A stretch of 64,000 nt of DNA from an uncultured Verrucomicrobiae bacterium (GCA_963707025.1 CAVPOM010000006.1:224001-288000), one strand, 5' to 3'; positions 20,601 to 33,513 are shown, numbered from the stretch's first letter. Made by a program: numbers and translations. Notes: generated by a model from the letters alone, not told the origin.

Positions 20601-21970
20601 CCCCCTTCTTCGAGTGGACGCACCGGCGGATCGGCGGCGAGGAGTTTCCCGCCACCGTGCTCATCACCCGGATGCAGACCGGCGAGAAGTTGTTCCACCA
20701 GGCAACCGTCCGGGACATTACCGCCAGCAAACAGGCCGAAGCAGCCCGGGACCGCATGATTGCCATCCTGGAATCCACCACCGACATGGTTGGCACGGCC
20801 GATCCCGACGGCCGCTGCACCTACCTGAATCGCGCGGGCCGCGATCTGCTGGGCATGGGTCCCGAGCAGGACATCAGCACCACCCACATTTCCGAGTTCC
20901 ACGCCCCCGATGGTGCGGCTTCGGCGGAGGCCATTGCGACGGCCGTGCGCCAAGGCGTTTGGAGGGGAGAAACGGTCTTATTAAGCCGGGGCGGAAAGAG
21001 AATCCCGGTTTCTCAGGTTATCATCGCCCACAAAAACCCCGGCGGCAAGCTCGAGTTCATCTCCACCGTCGTCCGCGACATCTCCGGGCAGAAGAAAGTG
21101 GAGGCGGAAATGGAGAATATCCACAAGCAACTGGTCGAATCCTCCCGGCTGGCCGGCATGGCCGAAATCGCCACCAACGTGCTGCATAATGTCGGCAATG
21201 CCCTCAATAGCGTCAACATTTCCACCGACTTGATCGTGGATGGCGTCAAGAAGTCCAGGGCATCCAGCCTGGCCAGAATTGTGGCGTTGCTCCAAGAACA
21301 TGCCCACCACTTGGGCGAGTTTATGACCAGTGACCCCAATGGACGGCATGTGCCCGCTCTTTTGGCCCGGCTCTCCGAACACCTGGCGGCTGAACAGGGG
21401 AAAATCACCGGCGAATTGGATTCTTTGCGGCGGAACATCGAGCACGTCAAAGACATCGTGGTCATGCAGCAGAACTACGCCTCCGTCGGCGGCATCAAGG
21501 AAAAGATAGACCTGGCCCATCTGGTGGAAGACAGCCTGCGTCTGAACGAGGATGCCTTGAGCCGCCACGGCGTCAAGGTCGTCCGCCAATTGGAAACGGT
21601 GCCGCTCCTGAACCTGGACAAACACAAAATCCTGCAAATCCTGGTCAATCTGGTGCGCAACGCCAAATACGCCTGCGATGAGTCGGGGCGCGCGGACCGG
21701 CGCCTGACAGTGCGCCTGGCCAATGGGGATGGCCGGGTCAGGATATCCGTGATGGATGATGGCATTGGCATTCCACCGGAAAACCTGACCCGCATGTTCA
21801 ACTACGGCTTCACCACCCGCAGCGGTGGCCACGGCTTCGGTCTGCATAGCAGCGCCCTGGCGGCCAAGGAAATGGGCGGAGCGTTGACCGTTCAAAGCGG
21901 CGGCCCCAGCCAGGGCGCCACCTTCACCCTGGAACTGCCTTGTCCAACGCGGGAGAAAACTCATGCATAA
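17663..21970 (+). CDS. Large membrane sensor kinase: extracytoplasmic repeat region, TM, five PAS domains, HisKA/HATPase
   Basis: [26 protein letters not shown] ends HDIS/RDIT/RDIS x5; [26 protein letters not shown]; start uncertain. Confidence 0.9.
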   Translation: MRPNPHLWPSVFWVLSYWKPSRREKGFPSSQKVLLLAAIMLCTARFCLAAQEAFPAAAVPVSVPPPVLTNAIQVLELPADQLALSNHVRLRGVMTFVDPGARYGFVQDETAGAAVFWTNRLPPAAAGQLVEMEGRVDANVYAPTISRPVFHQIGPGEFPKPLKVSFPDLWAGRADCQWVEVDGLVRSATMMTNDFLVLEVAMGRAQRLGVSILSTNKLDASGWVNSRVRIHGVACGSFNSKEQFITAELLVPSIDQVTMLAAAPSDPYSLPLTRLASLGHRAEKRAGEQIHIQGVATLLLPGEALFVRQGTNSIEVRTSEMGGAKPGDQVDVVGFYEKTDHALIIEDGSFRRLAAGPPPIPLAVTMDEIASGRIDAELVTIPAKVLEWRHGPSERAIMLQGTNHVIFKARLNNANNIIEFPRGSRLRVTGVCLIAVDQNLDVRSFELRLRSAEDLVLLQRPAWWTPARILWVLGALAAGVATTLGWVWFLKRANVRLERRVAERTAELAKANLALQVENAARKRIGEQLRVQATALDAAANAIVITDHHGAILSVNPAFTALTGYTAQEAAGQNPRFLKSGKQGEAFYRNLWQTISAGQVWRGELTNRRKDGSLYHEEMTITPLRNPDGTIARYIAIKHDISERKRAEEELKFKSVILSTQQEVSIDGILVVDENGAVLSYNRRFVQMWGIPAELIEKKVDKLLLDFVLDQLADAKSFLQRVQYLYQHRREINREEILLKDGRVFDRYSAPMLAADDHYYGRVWSFRDITARQQAEEKLKLFRALIERSNEGIYVVDPATGRFLDANESAYQALGYTRQELLALTVFEVAAGVDRAMFEAGNTKIEKTGHATMEVLHRRKDGTTYPVEAGLSFVTLDRTYQVAIVRDITQRKQLENAVRASEQKFKSLFEDSRDAIMTFEPPSWKFTCGNPAAIKMFGAKNEEDFISHCPWDLSPERQPDGRASAEKAREMIEKAMRRGSPFFEWTHRRIGGEEFPATVLITRMQTGEKLFHQATVRDITASKQAEAARDRMIAILESTTDMVGTADPDGRCTYLNRAGRDLLGMGPEQDISTTHISEFHAPDGAASAEAIATAVRQGVWRGETVLLSRGGKRIPVSQVIIAHKNPGGKLEFISTVVRDISGQKKVEAEMENIHKQLVESSRLAGMAEIATNVLHNVGNALNSVNISTDLIVDGVKKSRASSLARIVALLQEHAHHLGEFMTSDPNGRHVPALLARLSEHLAAEQGKITGELDSLRRNIEHVKDIVVMQQNYASVGGIKEKIDLAHLVEDSLRLNEDALSRHGVKVVRQLETVPLLNLDKHKILQILVNLVRNAKYACDESGRADRRLTVRLANGDGRVRISVMDDGIGIPPENLTRMFNYGFTTRSGGHGFGLHSSALAAKEMGGALTVQSGGPSQGATFTLELPCPTREKTHA

Positions 21971-23822
21971 ATTGCCCAACCACAAAAACCGGCGGGTGCT
22001 GGTCATTGATGACAATGAATCCATCCACGCTGACTTCCGCAAGATTCTCGCCCCCGCCTTCGCCACGGCGGCGGCTTTGCAGGCCGAGGAAGAGGCGGTG
22101 TTCGCACGACCCGCCGGGGCGGCGCCGCACGCCCAATTTGAAGTGGACTCGGCCTACCAAGGACAGGAAGGCGTGTTGCTGGTAAAAAAAGCGCTCCAAG
22201 CAGGGCGGCCTTACGCCCTGGCTTTTGTGGACGTGCGCATGCCCCCCGGCTGGGACGGTGTGGAAACCACGCAACGAATCTGGGCGGTTGATCCGGACAT
22301 CCAGATCGTCCACTGCACCGCCTATTCCGATTATTCCTGGGATGAAATATTTGAAAGGGTGGGCGATTGCGACGGGCTGGTCATCCTCAAAAAACCGTTC
22401 GACTCGGTGGAAGCCGTTCAATTGGCCCACGCCCTCACCGAGAAATGGTGCCTCCACCGGGAGTCCGGCTTCAAAATGGAAGAGCTGGAGAAAATCGTGC
22501 GGGAACGAACCGCGGCCGTGCAAAGTGCCAACGCCGAACTGGCCGCGGCCAACCGCAGGCTTTTGGAGGAGTCTCTACGCGCGCGGCAACTGGCGTTGGC
22601 CGCCACCGCCGGCGCCAAGGCCAAGAGCGAGTTCCTCGCCGTCATGAGCCACGAAATCCGCACCCCCATGAACGGCATCCTCGGCATGATTGACCTGTTG
22701 CTCGACACTGCACTGACGCCAGAACAGCGCCACTGCGCCGCCACTGTCCAGCAGAGCGCCCAAGCCTTGCTGGTCCTCCTGGATGACATTCTCGACTTCT
22801 CCAAAATCGAAGCCGGCAAGTTGAAACTCGAGTCCATTGATTTCAACCTGCCTCAGTTGGTGGAGATGGTTGTCGCGCTGCTGGCCGGGCGCGCGAAAAG
22901 CAAAGGCCTCAAACTTCTCTGGTCCATTGACCCGCAGACGCCCGTGTCCTTGCGCGGCGACCCCAACCGCCTGCGCCAGGTGCTGCTCAACCTCCTGAGC
23001 AACGCCATCAAATTCACCGAGCGCGGAGAAGTGGCCGTGGAGTTTTCCAGCCGCGGTCAGCCCGGCCAAACGCCTCTGCTCCATGGTTTGATCCGCGACA
23101 CCGGCATCGGATTATCCGAGGAGGCCCGGCAGAAACTGTTCCAGCCCTTCACTCAGGGGGATGCGTCCACCACCCGCCGGTTCGGCGGCACCGGGCTGGG
23201 CCTGGCCATTTGCCGCAAACTCGTGGCTTTGATGGGGGGAACCATGGGGGTCACCAGCGCCGAAGGCCAAGGTTCCACCTTCTGGTTTGACGTGCCTTTG
23301 CAAGAATCCCCGGCGGCGGACGGCCTCATCGCCCCAAGCCCCGCCGGGGCGCCGCCACAAAACAAGCCCGGCGGCGGCCCCTCCTTGCGGGTTCTTGTGG
23401 CCGAGGACAATTTGGTCAACCAACGGGTGGCCACCATGCAATTCCGCAAACTGGGCTGCGAAATCGAGGTCGCCGCCAACGGACGGGAGGCTTTGGCCGC
23501 CTGGCAACGCGGCGGACACGATATCATTTTCATGGATGGGCAGATGCCCGAAATGGACGGCCTGGAAACCACGCGCACAATTCGCGCCCTGGAGAAGAAG
23601 CAGTCGCTCAAGCCCATCCTGATCGTGGCCATGACCGCTTCCGCCATGCCCGAGGACCGCCAGGAGTGTTTGCGGGCTGGCATGGACCATTACTTGCCAA
23701 AGCCAGTGACGTTCGAGCAGATCAAGCAGTTGTTGCAATCCAATTTCCCCGGGCGCTTCAGCCAGAACGCCGGGGGCGCCCAAACAGCCGCCAGCCCTCT
23801 TGCGACCATGACCGCGACATGA
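21963..23822 (+). CDS. Hybrid histidine kinase REC-HisKA-HATPase-REC
   Basis: [41 protein letters not shown]. Confidence 0.93.
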   Translation: MHKLPNHKNRRVLVIDDNESIHADFRKILAPAFATAAALQAEEEAVFARPAGAAPHAQFEVDSAYQGQEGVLLVKKALQAGRPYALAFVDVRMPPGWDGVETTQRIWAVDPDIQIVHCTAYSDYSWDEIFERVGDCDGLVILKKPFDSVEAVQLAHALTEKWCLHRESGFKMEELEKIVRERTAAVQSANAELAAANRRLLEESLRARQLALAATAGAKAKSEFLAVMSHEIRTPMNGILGMIDLLLDTALTPEQRHCAATVQQSAQALLVLLDDILDFSKIEAGKLKLESIDFNLPQLVEMVVALLAGRAKSKGLKLLWSIDPQTPVSLRGDPNRLRQVLLNLLSNAIKFTERGEVAVEFSSRGQPGQTPLLHGLIRDTGIGLSEEARQKLFQPFTQGDASTTRRFGGTGLGLAICRKLVALMGGTMGVTSAEGQGSTFWFDVPLQESPAADGLIAPSPAGAPPQNKPGGGPSLRVLVAEDNLVNQRVATMQFRKLGCEIEVAANGREALAAWQRGGHDIIFMDGQMPEMDGLETTRTIRALEKKQSLKPILIVAMTASAMPEDRQECLRAGMDHYLPKPVTFEQIKQLLQSNFPGRFSQNAGGAQTAASPLATMTAT

Positions 23823-25983
23823 CTAATTTGAACCACGACAAAAACCGGCGGCTGCTGGTCATTGATGACAATCGCGCCATCCACAACGATTTCCGCAAAA
23901 TCCTGTCTCCCGCCACCGCCACCTCCGCCGCCCTGGACGCCACGGAACCGGCCGTGTTCGGATGTCCCGCCGACGCCGTGGCGCATGCTCCGTTTGAAGT
24001 GGACGCGGCCTGTCAAGGACAGGAAGGCGTGTCGCTGGCAAAAGAAGCGCTCAAAGCCGGGCGGCCTTACGCCCTGGCTTTTGTGGACGTGCGCATGCCC
24101 CCCGGCTGGGACGGCGTCGAAACCACCCAAAAACTTTGGGAGGTGGATCCCTGCCTCCAGGTAGTTCTCTGCACCGCCTACTCCGATTATTCATGGGACA
24201 AGATGTTCGAATTGTTCGGTCCACGCGATGATTTGCTCATTCTCAAAAAGCCCTTTGACGCCGTGGAAGCCCTCCAATTGGCCCAGGCGCTCACGGAAAA
24301 ATGGTGGTTGCACCAACAGTTCCTGCAGAAAATGGATGCGTTGGAGGGCCGCGTCGCCGAGCGCACCCGCGCCTTGCAGCAGGCCAACCGCGCCCTCCAG
24401 GCCGAAGTCTTCGAACACACCCGGGCGGAGGACCAGTTGCGCTTGAAGACCGCCTTCCTTGAGGCCATGGTCAATAGCTCCGCGCTCGGGGTTTTGGTCG
24501 TGGATCAGGAGGGCAGGAAGTCCCTGCAAAACCAGTGCTTTGTTGACTTGTTCAAAATCCCCCGGCACATCGCCGAGGAGCCGCCGGCCAGAGCCGCATC
24601 CGTTGGGTCGCCGACCTGACCACAGATCCGGGGCAGTTCGTCAAAAAGGTCTGCCATCTTTATGCCCATCGCGATGAGAACAGCCGCGATGAGTTGGAGC
24701 TTAAGAACGGGACGATCCTGGAACGATATTCTTCCCCTGTCGTTGGCAACGACGGAACCTACTACGGCCGCGCCTGGACCTTCCGCGACATCACCGGGCG
24801 CAAACGCTTCGAGGCGCATTTGATGCAGTCGCAAAGATTGGAAACCGTCGGCAGATTGGCCGGCGGCATCGCCCACGAGTTCAACAGCATCCTTACCGCC
24901 ATCCTCGGCCAGAGTGAATTACTCCGCGCCGGTCTGCCGGCGGAAAATCCATTGGCCAAAAGCGCCGCCGAAATCGGCCAGGCCGCCGCTCGTGCCGCCA
25001 CCCTCACCCGCCAACTCCTGGCCTACGGCCGCAAGCAAATTCTCCGGCCGGAAATCCTCAATCTAAACCATGTTTTGGGGAGGATGCAGGACATCCTTCA
25101 CCATATCACCGGCGATGATGTGGAAACGCTGATCGTGCCCGACCCGGGCCTGCACCCCGTCAAGGCGGACTCCGGCCAGATCGAACAGGTCATCCTGGAC
25201 ATGGTCGCCAACGCGCGCGACGCCATGCCGCACGGCGGCAAACTCACGCTCGCAACCGCCAACATTTCGCTCGCACAGGACAGTGTCAACGGTCATCCGG
25301 AGTTGAAGCCCGGCGACTATGTCATGCTCGCCATCACGGACACGGGCGCAGGCATGAGCGAGAAAGTAAAAGCGCGCTTGTTCGAGCCATTCTTCACCAC
25401 CAAGCAAGTCGGCAAGGGCATCGGCCTGGGATTGTCCACCTGTTACGGCATCATCAAACAAAGCGGCGGCCACATCAGCGCCTCCAGTCAAATCGGCCGG
25501 GGCGCCACCTTCACAATTTACCTCCCCAGACTGCCGGAGGAGAAAAAGCCCCCCGTTGCGCCCCTCCACACACCCGCTTTGCCGCGCGGGACAGAAACCA
25601 TTCTGCTGGTGGAAGACGACCCCGCCTTGCGCGAAATGGCCGCCACCTTGCTCCGGCGCCTCGGCTACACCGTCTGGCCCGCCGCTGACAGCCTGGAAGC
25701 CCTGCACCTGACCCGCCAGCCCGCCAGCGGCCACATTGATCTCCTGTTCACCGACGTTGCCATGCCCGACATGACCGGCACGGAATTGTCCGGCCGCATT
25801 CGCGCCTTGTCGCCCCACACCAAAATCCTCTTCGCCTCCGCCTACCCCGAAACGGCTGTCGCCGATCAAAACGTGTTAAAACCCGGCATCATCCTCCTGC
25901 AAAAGCCCTTTACCCCCTCTTCCCTGGCCAAAAAAGTCCGCCAAGTCCTCGACCAAACCTCGCGCCCTCCGCCGGCGCGATGA
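23819..25983 (+). CDS. Hybrid histidine kinase REC-PAS-HisKA-HATPase-REC; frameshift near 24600
   Basis: ATGA overlap with upstream gene; [27 protein letters not shown]. Confidence 0.88.
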
Positions 25984-26277
25984 GGTTCCCCACGGCCTCA
26001 ACGGAAATCAAAGGGACCATCTCCCGCGGCGCGCGCCCGGCGCGTCGGGCCGCCCCGGACCGGGGCCTTGCCCCTCGCACGCGCTTTTCTCCACTTTTTT
26101 GTCCTGTTCCAGCCTGCGGCGGACATACATAATAGACGGTAGTGCGGCTTGGAAAGCAGCCGCCACCGGTTTTCGTTTTCTCCGCCGCCCCGGGCGCGGA
26201 CCGCCTGGCCCCTGGTTTGCAACCAGTCGGCTGGCGCGGGGTTGGAAAAGGATGCGCCGGTAATAATTGAGTAACAA

Positions 26278-27231
26278 ATGCGCCTTAAGTTTTTGCCTGT
26301 GAAATTCAAATCAGACCCGCCCGGCGCCGTGAAAAGGAGGCCCGGCCAGCCCGCCGCGTTCACCCTGATAGAGCTGCTGGTCGTCATCGCCATCATCTCG
26401 ATTCTGGCCGCCTTGTTGTTGCCTGTTTTGTCCGTAGCCAAAGCCAAAGCGCAAGGCGCCGCTTGCTTGAGCAACGGCAAGGAAATGATGGTGGCCATGT
26501 TCCTTTACACCGATGACAACCACGATTTCTTTCCCCCCAACCCGGACGACGGCAACACCATCCCCGGTTACAACTGGTGTCCGGGACAGGCGGGCATTGG
26601 CCAGCCGCAAGAATTTGATCCCGACGTGCTGGCCGACCAGTCGCGCTCGTTGCTCATCGCGTATCTGTCGGGGAATGTAAAGTTGTTTCGCTGCCCTTCC
26701 GACCGCCGCCAGGGGTTATATCAGGGGACCAACCCCGAGCTCTTCGGCAAGACGGTCCCGGCGGCGCGCACTTTTTCCATGAGCCAGGCCGTGGGGACGA
26801 TTGATCCCGGTTTCGACGCCGGACTTCCCCACTCCGGCGTCCCGACCCTTTCGGTCAACGGCCCGTGGCTGAACAACCTGCACAACCACCGGCGCGATTC
26901 CCCCTGGCACACCTATGGCAAAGCCTCCGCCATCGTCGCTCCAGGACCGTCCATGCTCTGGATTCTGGTGGACGAGGATCCCAGCGGATTGAACGACGCG
27001 GCTTTTGCCTTCGGCATGGAAACTCCGGGCATGATCTTTCCCGAACCACAATGGTTCGATGCGCCGGGCTACTACCACAACGCCGGCTGCGGCTTTTCCT
27101 TTGGCGACGGCCATTCCGAAACCCACCGCTGGCTCGGCCCCACTCCAAAAGGACATGCCGGCGCCGACATCACCGATCCCAAAGACAAACTGGACTGGCA
27201 ATGGATGCAACAACGCACCTCATCGAAGTAA
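26278..27231 (+). CDS. Prepilin-type N-terminal cleavage/methylation protein with H-X9-DG motif
   Basis: [27 protein letters not shown]. Confidence 0.9.
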   Translation: MRLKFLPVKFKSDPPGAVKRRPGQPAAFTLIELLVVIAIISILAALLLPVLSVAKAKAQGAACLSNGKEMMVAMFLYTDDNHDFFPPNPDDGNTIPGYNWCPGQAGIGQPQEFDPDVLADQSRSLLIAYLSGNVKLFRCPSDRRQGLYQGTNPELFGKTVPAARTFSMSQAVGTIDPGFDAGLPHSGVPTLSVNGPWLNNLHNHRRDSPWHTYGKASAIVAPGPSMLWILVDEDPSGLNDAAFAFGMETPGMIFPEPQWFDAPGYYHNAGCGFSFGDGHSETHRWLGPTPKGHAGADITDPKDKLDWQWMQQRTSSK

Positions 27232-27264
27232 TTAACATGCCTGACAGTTTGCGGGCTGGCTTGC

Positions 27265-28632
27265 TCACTTCGCCTTGGCGATTTGCACGGCGTACACTTG
27301 CACGGGGCCGAACATGTTGGAGCGGAAGACGACCCACTTGCCGTCGGGAGTGATGCTGACGTTGGGCTCGATGCCGCCCGCGGCCCCGGTCACATAATTG
27401 TGCTTGCTCATGTTCACCAGACGCTCGCGCTGCATCGTGCCGTTGGGTTGCGGGCGGAACAGGTTGATCCATTGGCCGTCCTTGGCGAAGGCCACCTGGC
27501 CGGGATCGCCGCCGTCGCCGGCGAAAAGTTTGCCGTCGCGGGAAATGTTGTAATGGATGGACCACCAGTCGCGCTCCAGTTTGTAGCGGATTTCCTGCCC
27601 GGTTTTAATGTTGACACCCGCCAGCCAGAACTCCTGGCTCCGCGGCGTTTGCAAATCGAACCAGATCGTCCTGCCGTCGTGGCTCCAGAACTCGTGCCCG
27701 GCGATTTCCATGTCCATCGCGCGGGCATGCATGAGGCGCTGGGCGCTGCCGTCGGCCCGGATGGTCCAGATGCGGTCCACCTCGTGCCAGGTGCCCTCAT
27801 GGCAGTAAAGCAAAAGATTCGGGTCGGTGGGCGAGAACTGGGGGTGGTTGAGCCAGGCGTATTGGAAGCCGTTGGTCACCGCCTGGCCGGTTTTGATCGA
27901 GGTGAAGACAAAGGCCATGCTGCGCGGATTGTTCAGTTGCCGGGAAAGGCCGTCCTCCTTGCGCGCCGCCAGTTCCTCTTCCGGCGTCAAGGCGACGCCG
28001 GCCTTGATCTTGTCGGCAAACATGCGTTCCCGCTGCGGCGGCATGGCCCGGCGCGGCGGCGCGGTGTTCGTGCCGGCAGGATCGGTCGCGTTGATGATGC
28101 GCAGGATGAGGGTTTCATCGCAGTTGATGGCGGCGGGGCGGCCGGCGATGATCTCGCGCACGGCATGGGTGTCAATGTTGGCGGCGCACAATTGGCCGTT
28201 GCGCATGAAATAGACGTCGCGGGTTGTGCGGGCCGCTTCCAGCGCCCGCCCGTTGGTCACGACGATTTCCACCCGGGGCGGCTTGGTTCCCAGGGCGGTG
28301 ATGTCCACGGCGGCGACGCCCGCGGGCGTGTCAAATACCAGCTTGTCGCCCTTCGGGGTGTAGGCGTTGATGTTAAAATAAAAGCTCGAACTGCGCGGCG
28401 CGGTGGAGAGCCGGATGACGCGGTGTCCGGTGTCCGGATCAACCCAGTCCACCCCAGGGACATCCGGGTGGGTTGGCGGGGCGGTGGCGCATCCCATTGG
28501 CCCCAGCAGCGCCAGCCAGAGAAGGCAAAAAAGGGAATGGCGCAGATGGCGGGTTCGGCGTGGCGCGGGCGCGGCCGGGCGCGCACGAAGCGCGTGTCCT
28601 GCCACCCAAGATTGAGCTGCCACGGCTCTCAT
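27265..28632 (-). CDS. ogl: Oligogalacturonate lyase-like beta-propeller protein
   Basis: DPDTGHRVIRLS, WLNHPQFSPTDP, CHEG.W..VDRIW, GHEFW, FAGDG. Confidence 0.85.
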   Translation of the reverse strand: MRAVAAQSWVAGHALRARPAAPAPRRTRHLRHSLFCLLWLALLGPMGCATAPPTHPDVPGVDWVDPDTGHRVIRLSTAPRSSSFYFNINAYTPKGDKLVFDTPAGVAAVDITALGTKPPRVEIVVTNGRALEAARTTRDVYFMRNGQLCAANIDTHAVREIIAGRPAAINCDETLILRIINATDPAGTNTAPPRRAMPPQRERMFADKIKAGVALTPEEELAARKEDGLSRQLNNPRSMAFVFTSIKTGQAVTNGFQYAWLNHPQFSPTDPNLLLYCHEGTWHEVDRIWTIRADGSAQRLMHARAMDMEIAGHEFWSHDGRTIWFDLQTPRSQEFWLAGVNIKTGQEIRYKLERDWWSIHYNISRDGKLFAGDGGDPGQVAFAKDGQWINLFRPQPNGTMQRERLVNMSKHNYVTGAAGGIEPNVSITPDGKWVVFRSNMFGPVQVYAVQIAKAK

Positions 28633-30022
28633 TTGACGGGGGCGGCCGGCGCTGGCCGGCCAAAATGGACGGCATCGTCGTGGAAGCCCGCGCCGGCCCC
28701 GCGCCGCGGCGCAACTGGATCATCTCCGCCCCGGCCATCAGCACCGGGCCATAGCCGTGCGCCGCATAGACGCTGGTCGGACGGCAGGCGTACCACATCG
28801 GGTCCCAGGCCAGCCCCGTGCCGATGCAAGTGCCCTCCACCTGGCCGCGCGCGTTGACTTTTTGCGCCAGCGCGTTCCAGCCCAGCGAGACCATCGGCCC
28901 GTAGGCGTTGCCGTCAATCCAGCCGCGGTTGATGGCGCGGGCCACGGCGAAGACAAACATGGCGCTGGCGCTGGTTTCCTCGTAAGTCTCCGGGCGGTCC
29001 AGCAATTGATGCCAAAGGCCGTTTTTTCCCTGCGTTTCCTGCAACCCGCGGATGTGCTCCCGCAACAGGGCCAGGGCCGGCGCGAACCCCGGATGATTCC
29101 TGGGCAGCACGGACAGCAGTTCCACCTCGGCCATCGCCGCCCAGCCATTGGCGCGCCCCCAGTAGAAATGCGGATGCTGTTGCATCCCTTCCACCAGCCC
29201 GTGCATGTAAAGGCCCTTTTCCTTGACAAACAGGATTTTGGAAAATTGCAAAACTTGCCTGGCCGCGTCATCAAAATACTTCCGCTGGCCGGTCAGGCGC
29301 CCCATCTGGGCCAGCGCCGGCACGCTCATATAATCGTCGTCCAGCCACACGCTGTCCGGCATGGGCCGGTCGCGCGCCAGCGTGCCGTCGGGCAGCCGCT
29401 TTTGTTTGGACCTGATGTAGTTAAGGCCAATGTCAATCAGCGGCCGGAAATCCCCGCCCACCCCGGCCTGGTGCGCTTTGAGCAGGGCCGCCGACATCGC
29501 CCCGCAATCATCCAGCGCGGCCGGTTCGAGCAAGTGTTGCAACGGATTGGGCTGGCCCCGTTCCGCCGCGGGCGTGGCTTGAATATGTTGGGCGATCAAG
29601 CGCAACGCATCCAGACGTTTCGCCGCAAACTCCTTGAACCGCGCGTCCCCCGTCGCCTCCCCGGCCAGCAGCATCCCCGCGTAAGTGACCCCCCATTCGT
29701 AGCTGACGAGCAGAAAGTCACCCGGCACGATCGTCACCCGTTTAGGAAGCTGGGTCAGATCGCTCACCCGCTCCTGCGTATCCGCGTTGACCACCTGGAT
29801 TGGGCTGGCCGTGTCCAGATAATCCACCACCCGTCCCAGCACCGCCGTAATCTGCGCCACCGATGCCGGAGCATAAGGGATGGGATAATCGGGTTGGAGC
29901 CTCCTGACAAAATCCACTCCATGATCGGCGGATGCGCCCGGTTGGGCCTGCGCCGGCCACCCGGCGCACCACAACACGGCGATCACCCATGTTATTGCAC
30001 AATAAAACGGGCTAGCTTTCAT
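28629..30022 (-). CDS. GH105 unsaturated rhamnogalacturonyl hydrolase; probable frameshift near 28690
   Basis: SYEWGV, LDDCG, WLDDDYM, WGRANGW, WHQLLD, ETSASAMF; alternative frame stops at a TGA overlapping the ogl ATG. Confidence 0.88.
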
Positions 30023-30173
30023 TGCTTCTCAGATCCAGGCACACCATCAAAACAGAGCACAACAGGTTTTTCAATTCGCAACATCCGCGGTGCCACGCCA
30101 GCGTGGCAAGACGGCGGCGCTCCGGCTATCGCCAGTTCTGGCGATGAGGGATGGACGGGGTGGGGTGATGGGA

Positions 30174-30252
30174 AATCCTAATCTTAATCTTAATCCTAAT
30201 CTTTATCCTTCTTCGGCCATGGATGAAGGAGATTAAGATTAAGATTAGGATT
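30174..30252. repeat. Inverted hexamer-repeat hairpin (AATCTT)n/(AAGATT)n
   Basis: 22-bp perfect arms at 30174-30195 and 30231-30252. Confidence 0.9.
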
Positions 30253-30325
30253 CGGAGGGGAGGGGATGCCACAAAGCCTGGCCGCTTCCATTTGACCGGG
30301 GCCGGGATTAAGACACAATCCACCT

Positions 30326-33300
30326 ATGCAGCTTACAGAGAATCTGCTCCGCGAGGCCGCCGGTTGGGAGGTGATGAAGCGGGCGCGCTTTCTCCTGGAA
30401 CAAGGCCGGGTGCTCAGTTCGTTTTGGGACCCGCCGTTGCTGCGCGGGGTGGTGCAGGATGGCGAAGTTTCCTTCCGCGCTTCCATGGCGATCAATAGCA
30501 GTATTGACATTGAAAACCTCTGCACCTGCCGCGAAGCGCGCGCGTGGGGAAAAATTTGCGCGCATGGCGTCGCCGTCGGGCTGCACTGGTTGCAGGGGCA
30601 AAAACCGGGCGCCGCTCCGGTCTTGCAGACGCCGGCGCCAAGCCCAACTCCGCCGTCCGGCCAGAATTCCGCGCTGCAGCGTGACGCGGCCGGCGAGCCG
30701 GCCGCCTTGCATATCGTTCTCCCGCCCAAATTCGACCAGGCCATCCTTCGCGGCAGAGTCATGCTCGTGCTGGAAGCCCAATGGAGCGGAGGACGCTGCC
30801 CGCTCAACGCCCTGCCCAAGGGACTCGCCTATGCCTTCCCGCCGGCCGATACGGCGATTATTGACAAGCTCGAAATGCTGGCCGGCGGCGAGACGCCCGC
30901 CCTCCTGCAAATGGAGATGAAGGATTTTGCCTCGTTGCTCCCGGCGCTGGCCGGACACCCCAACATCACCCTGGGCAAAACCAGCGCCGTCACGGTCACC
31001 ACAACGCCGCTGCAACTGCCGCTCCGCGCGACGCTGGAGGCCGGCGGCGAAATTGTCCTTGCCTTGACGGACACGACCGAGCCGCTGGTCAGGATCGGGG
31101 ATTGGGTTTGGCGGAAACAGACCTTCCAGCCGCTCGCTTTGCCGCCGGCGCTGGCCCAGGTGTTGCGCGCGCCGGTCCGCCTGCCGCGCCCGCAAGTGCC
31201 GCAGTTCCTGAGCCGGGATTGGCCGCGGTTGCAGGCGGCGGGCGCCGTGCAGGCGAATTTCAAACTGGAGGATTTCACCCTCGAGCCGCAAGCGCCGCGT
31301 TTCCTGCTGGATCTCAAGGGCGGCCTGGCCCAACTGGGCGCGCTGCTGCAATGCGCCTACGGTCCCCGCATCATGACCGTGGGCGCCACCGCGGCGGCGG
31401 AAGGCGACTGGCTGCCGGATCCCGATGCGCCGACGCGCTACTCCACGCGCGATCTCGCCGCCGAGAGCGCCGCCCTGGCCCGCTTGCATCGCAGCGGCTT
31501 TGCCGGACCGGACGGGCAAGGCCGGCTGCAATTGACCGGGCAAAACGCGGTGTTGAATTTCTTCGCGCGCGAATTTCCCAAACTGCAACGGGACTGGAGC
31601 GTGACTTTGGAGGAACGGCTGGAACGCAGCGCGGCGCAGAATATCGAGCGCGTCCAGCCGCAGTTTCGCATCACCTCGGGTTTGCAATGGTTTGATCTCG
31701 GCGTGGTCTTCGCGGCGGCCGGCGGAGAAACATTTGCGGCGGCGGACATTCAGCGCCTGCTCCTCTCGGGGCAGAGCCACACCCGGCTGAAAAATGGCAA
31801 ATGGGCTGTGCTTGACACCGGCGCGGTGGAGGAATTGCAGGAGGTGCTGCTGGACTGCGCGCCGCGGCAGCAGGAGCAGGGCTAGCGCATCAGCAACACC
31901 CAGGCCGGCTTTCTGGAGGCCACTTTGCGCCAGCACGCCGATTGGCCGGTCCAGGCGCCCCCGGCCTGGCGCGAGCGCGCGGCCCGGCAGAGCGGCCAGG
32001 CCAAGCTGGAATGTCCGCCGCTGGGCGCGTTGGAAACGGTGCTGCGCCCTTACCAAAAACACGGCGTGGCCTGGCTCCTTTTTCTACGGGAAAACGGCTT
32101 CGGCGGCATTCTTGCCGATGAGATGGGGCTGGGCAAAACCTTGCAGACCTTGGCCTTCCTGGAAACAGTGGCGAGGGCACAGTGCGGAGCGCAGAGTGGC
32201 CGGCGCCGTCCCCATTTGATTATCTGCCCAACGAGCCTGGTCTTCAACTGGATGGCGGAGGCCGGAGAAATTCACGCCGCAGTTGAAAGTGCTGGCCCTG
32301 CACGGACCGGACCGGCACGCCCGCTTCGCTCAAATCGCGGCCAGCGACATCGTCTTGACAAGTTACGCCCTGCTCCGCCGCGACGCGGAGCGGTATGGCG
32401 GGCTGGAGTTTGACACCCTGGTGCTGGACGAAGCCCAGCACATCAAAAACCGCCAGACCCAAAACGCCCAGGCCGTCAAAGCCGTCGGCGGCGCAACACC
32501 GCTTTGTGCTGACCGGCACGCCCATGGAAAACTCCGTGCTCGATCTCTGGTCCATTTTTGACTTTCTCATGCCCGGCTATCTGGGGACCGCGCAGGATTT
32601 CCGAGAGCGCTACGAGCTGCCCATCACCCGCGAAAAAGACGCCGCCGCCCAAACGCGGCTGGCGCGGCGGCTGCGGCCCTTCCTGCTGCGGCGGCTCAAG
32701 CAGGAAGTGGCGGCGGATTTGCCGGCCAGGCTGGAACAGGTGTCCCTCTGCGAGTTGACGGCGGAGCAGCGCGGCGTTTATCAGCAGGTCATCGCAAGCC
32801 AGCCGCAAGGAAGTGCTGGCAGCGGTCGGCGCGCATGGAGCCGCCAAAAGCCGCATGCTGGTCTTGAGCGCCTTGCTGCGGCTGCGCCAGGTCTGCTGCG
32901 ATCTGCGCCTGCTGAAATTGGAGGGCGTCAATCCCGCCAACGCCTCCGGCAAACTGGATCTGTTCGGTGAACTGCTGGAGGAAGTCATGGACGGCGGCCA
33001 TCGCGTGCTGGTCTTCAGCCAGTTCGTCAGTATGTTGACCTTGTTGCAGGAAAGGCTCGACGGCCAGGGCATCGCCTATTGTTATCTGGACGGCTCCACG
33101 GCCGACCGCGGCGCGGTGGTGGAACAATTTCAAAACAAGCGCCGCCATTCCGGTTTTTCTCATCAGCCTCAAGGCCGGCGGAGTGGGCCTGAACCTGACG
33201 GGGGCGGACACCGTCATCCATTTCGATCCGTGGTGGAATCCGGCGGTGGAAGACCAGGCCACCGATCGGGCCCATCGCCTCGGCCAGACCAAAGTGGTGA

Positions 33301-33452
33301 CCAGCTACAAGCTGATCGCCCGCGACACGGTGGAGGAAAAAATCCTCGCCTTGCAAAACCGCAAGCGCGGGATGATCCGGGCGGCCCTCGGCGGCGAGGA
33401 AGAATTCGCCGCCGCGTTGACCTGGGAGGAGATCCAGGAACTGCTGGCTTGA
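30326..33452 (+). pseudogene. SWIM zinc finger SNF2-family helicase, disrupted (pseudogene or assembly errors)
   Basis: [52 protein letters not shown]; in-frame TAG at 31883-31885 and frameshifts near 32265, 32490, 32795, 33140. Confidence 0.8.
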
Positions 33453-33468
33453 AACCCCAATCCGTTTC

Positions 33469-33513
33469 GGGGAGCACACGCGCCCTCGCGTGTTCCAACC
33501 GGCGCCCTCGCCG
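33469..33513. repeat. REP-like element between convergent genes
   Basis: ggggagcacacgcgccctcgcgtgttc..cggcgccctcgccg double hairpin. Confidence 0.6.

Noticed and set aside
31883..31885. Amber recoding or pyrrolysine
   Set aside because: TAG is a normal stop elsewhere (13334, 36694, 50748) and the same gene also has frameshifts.
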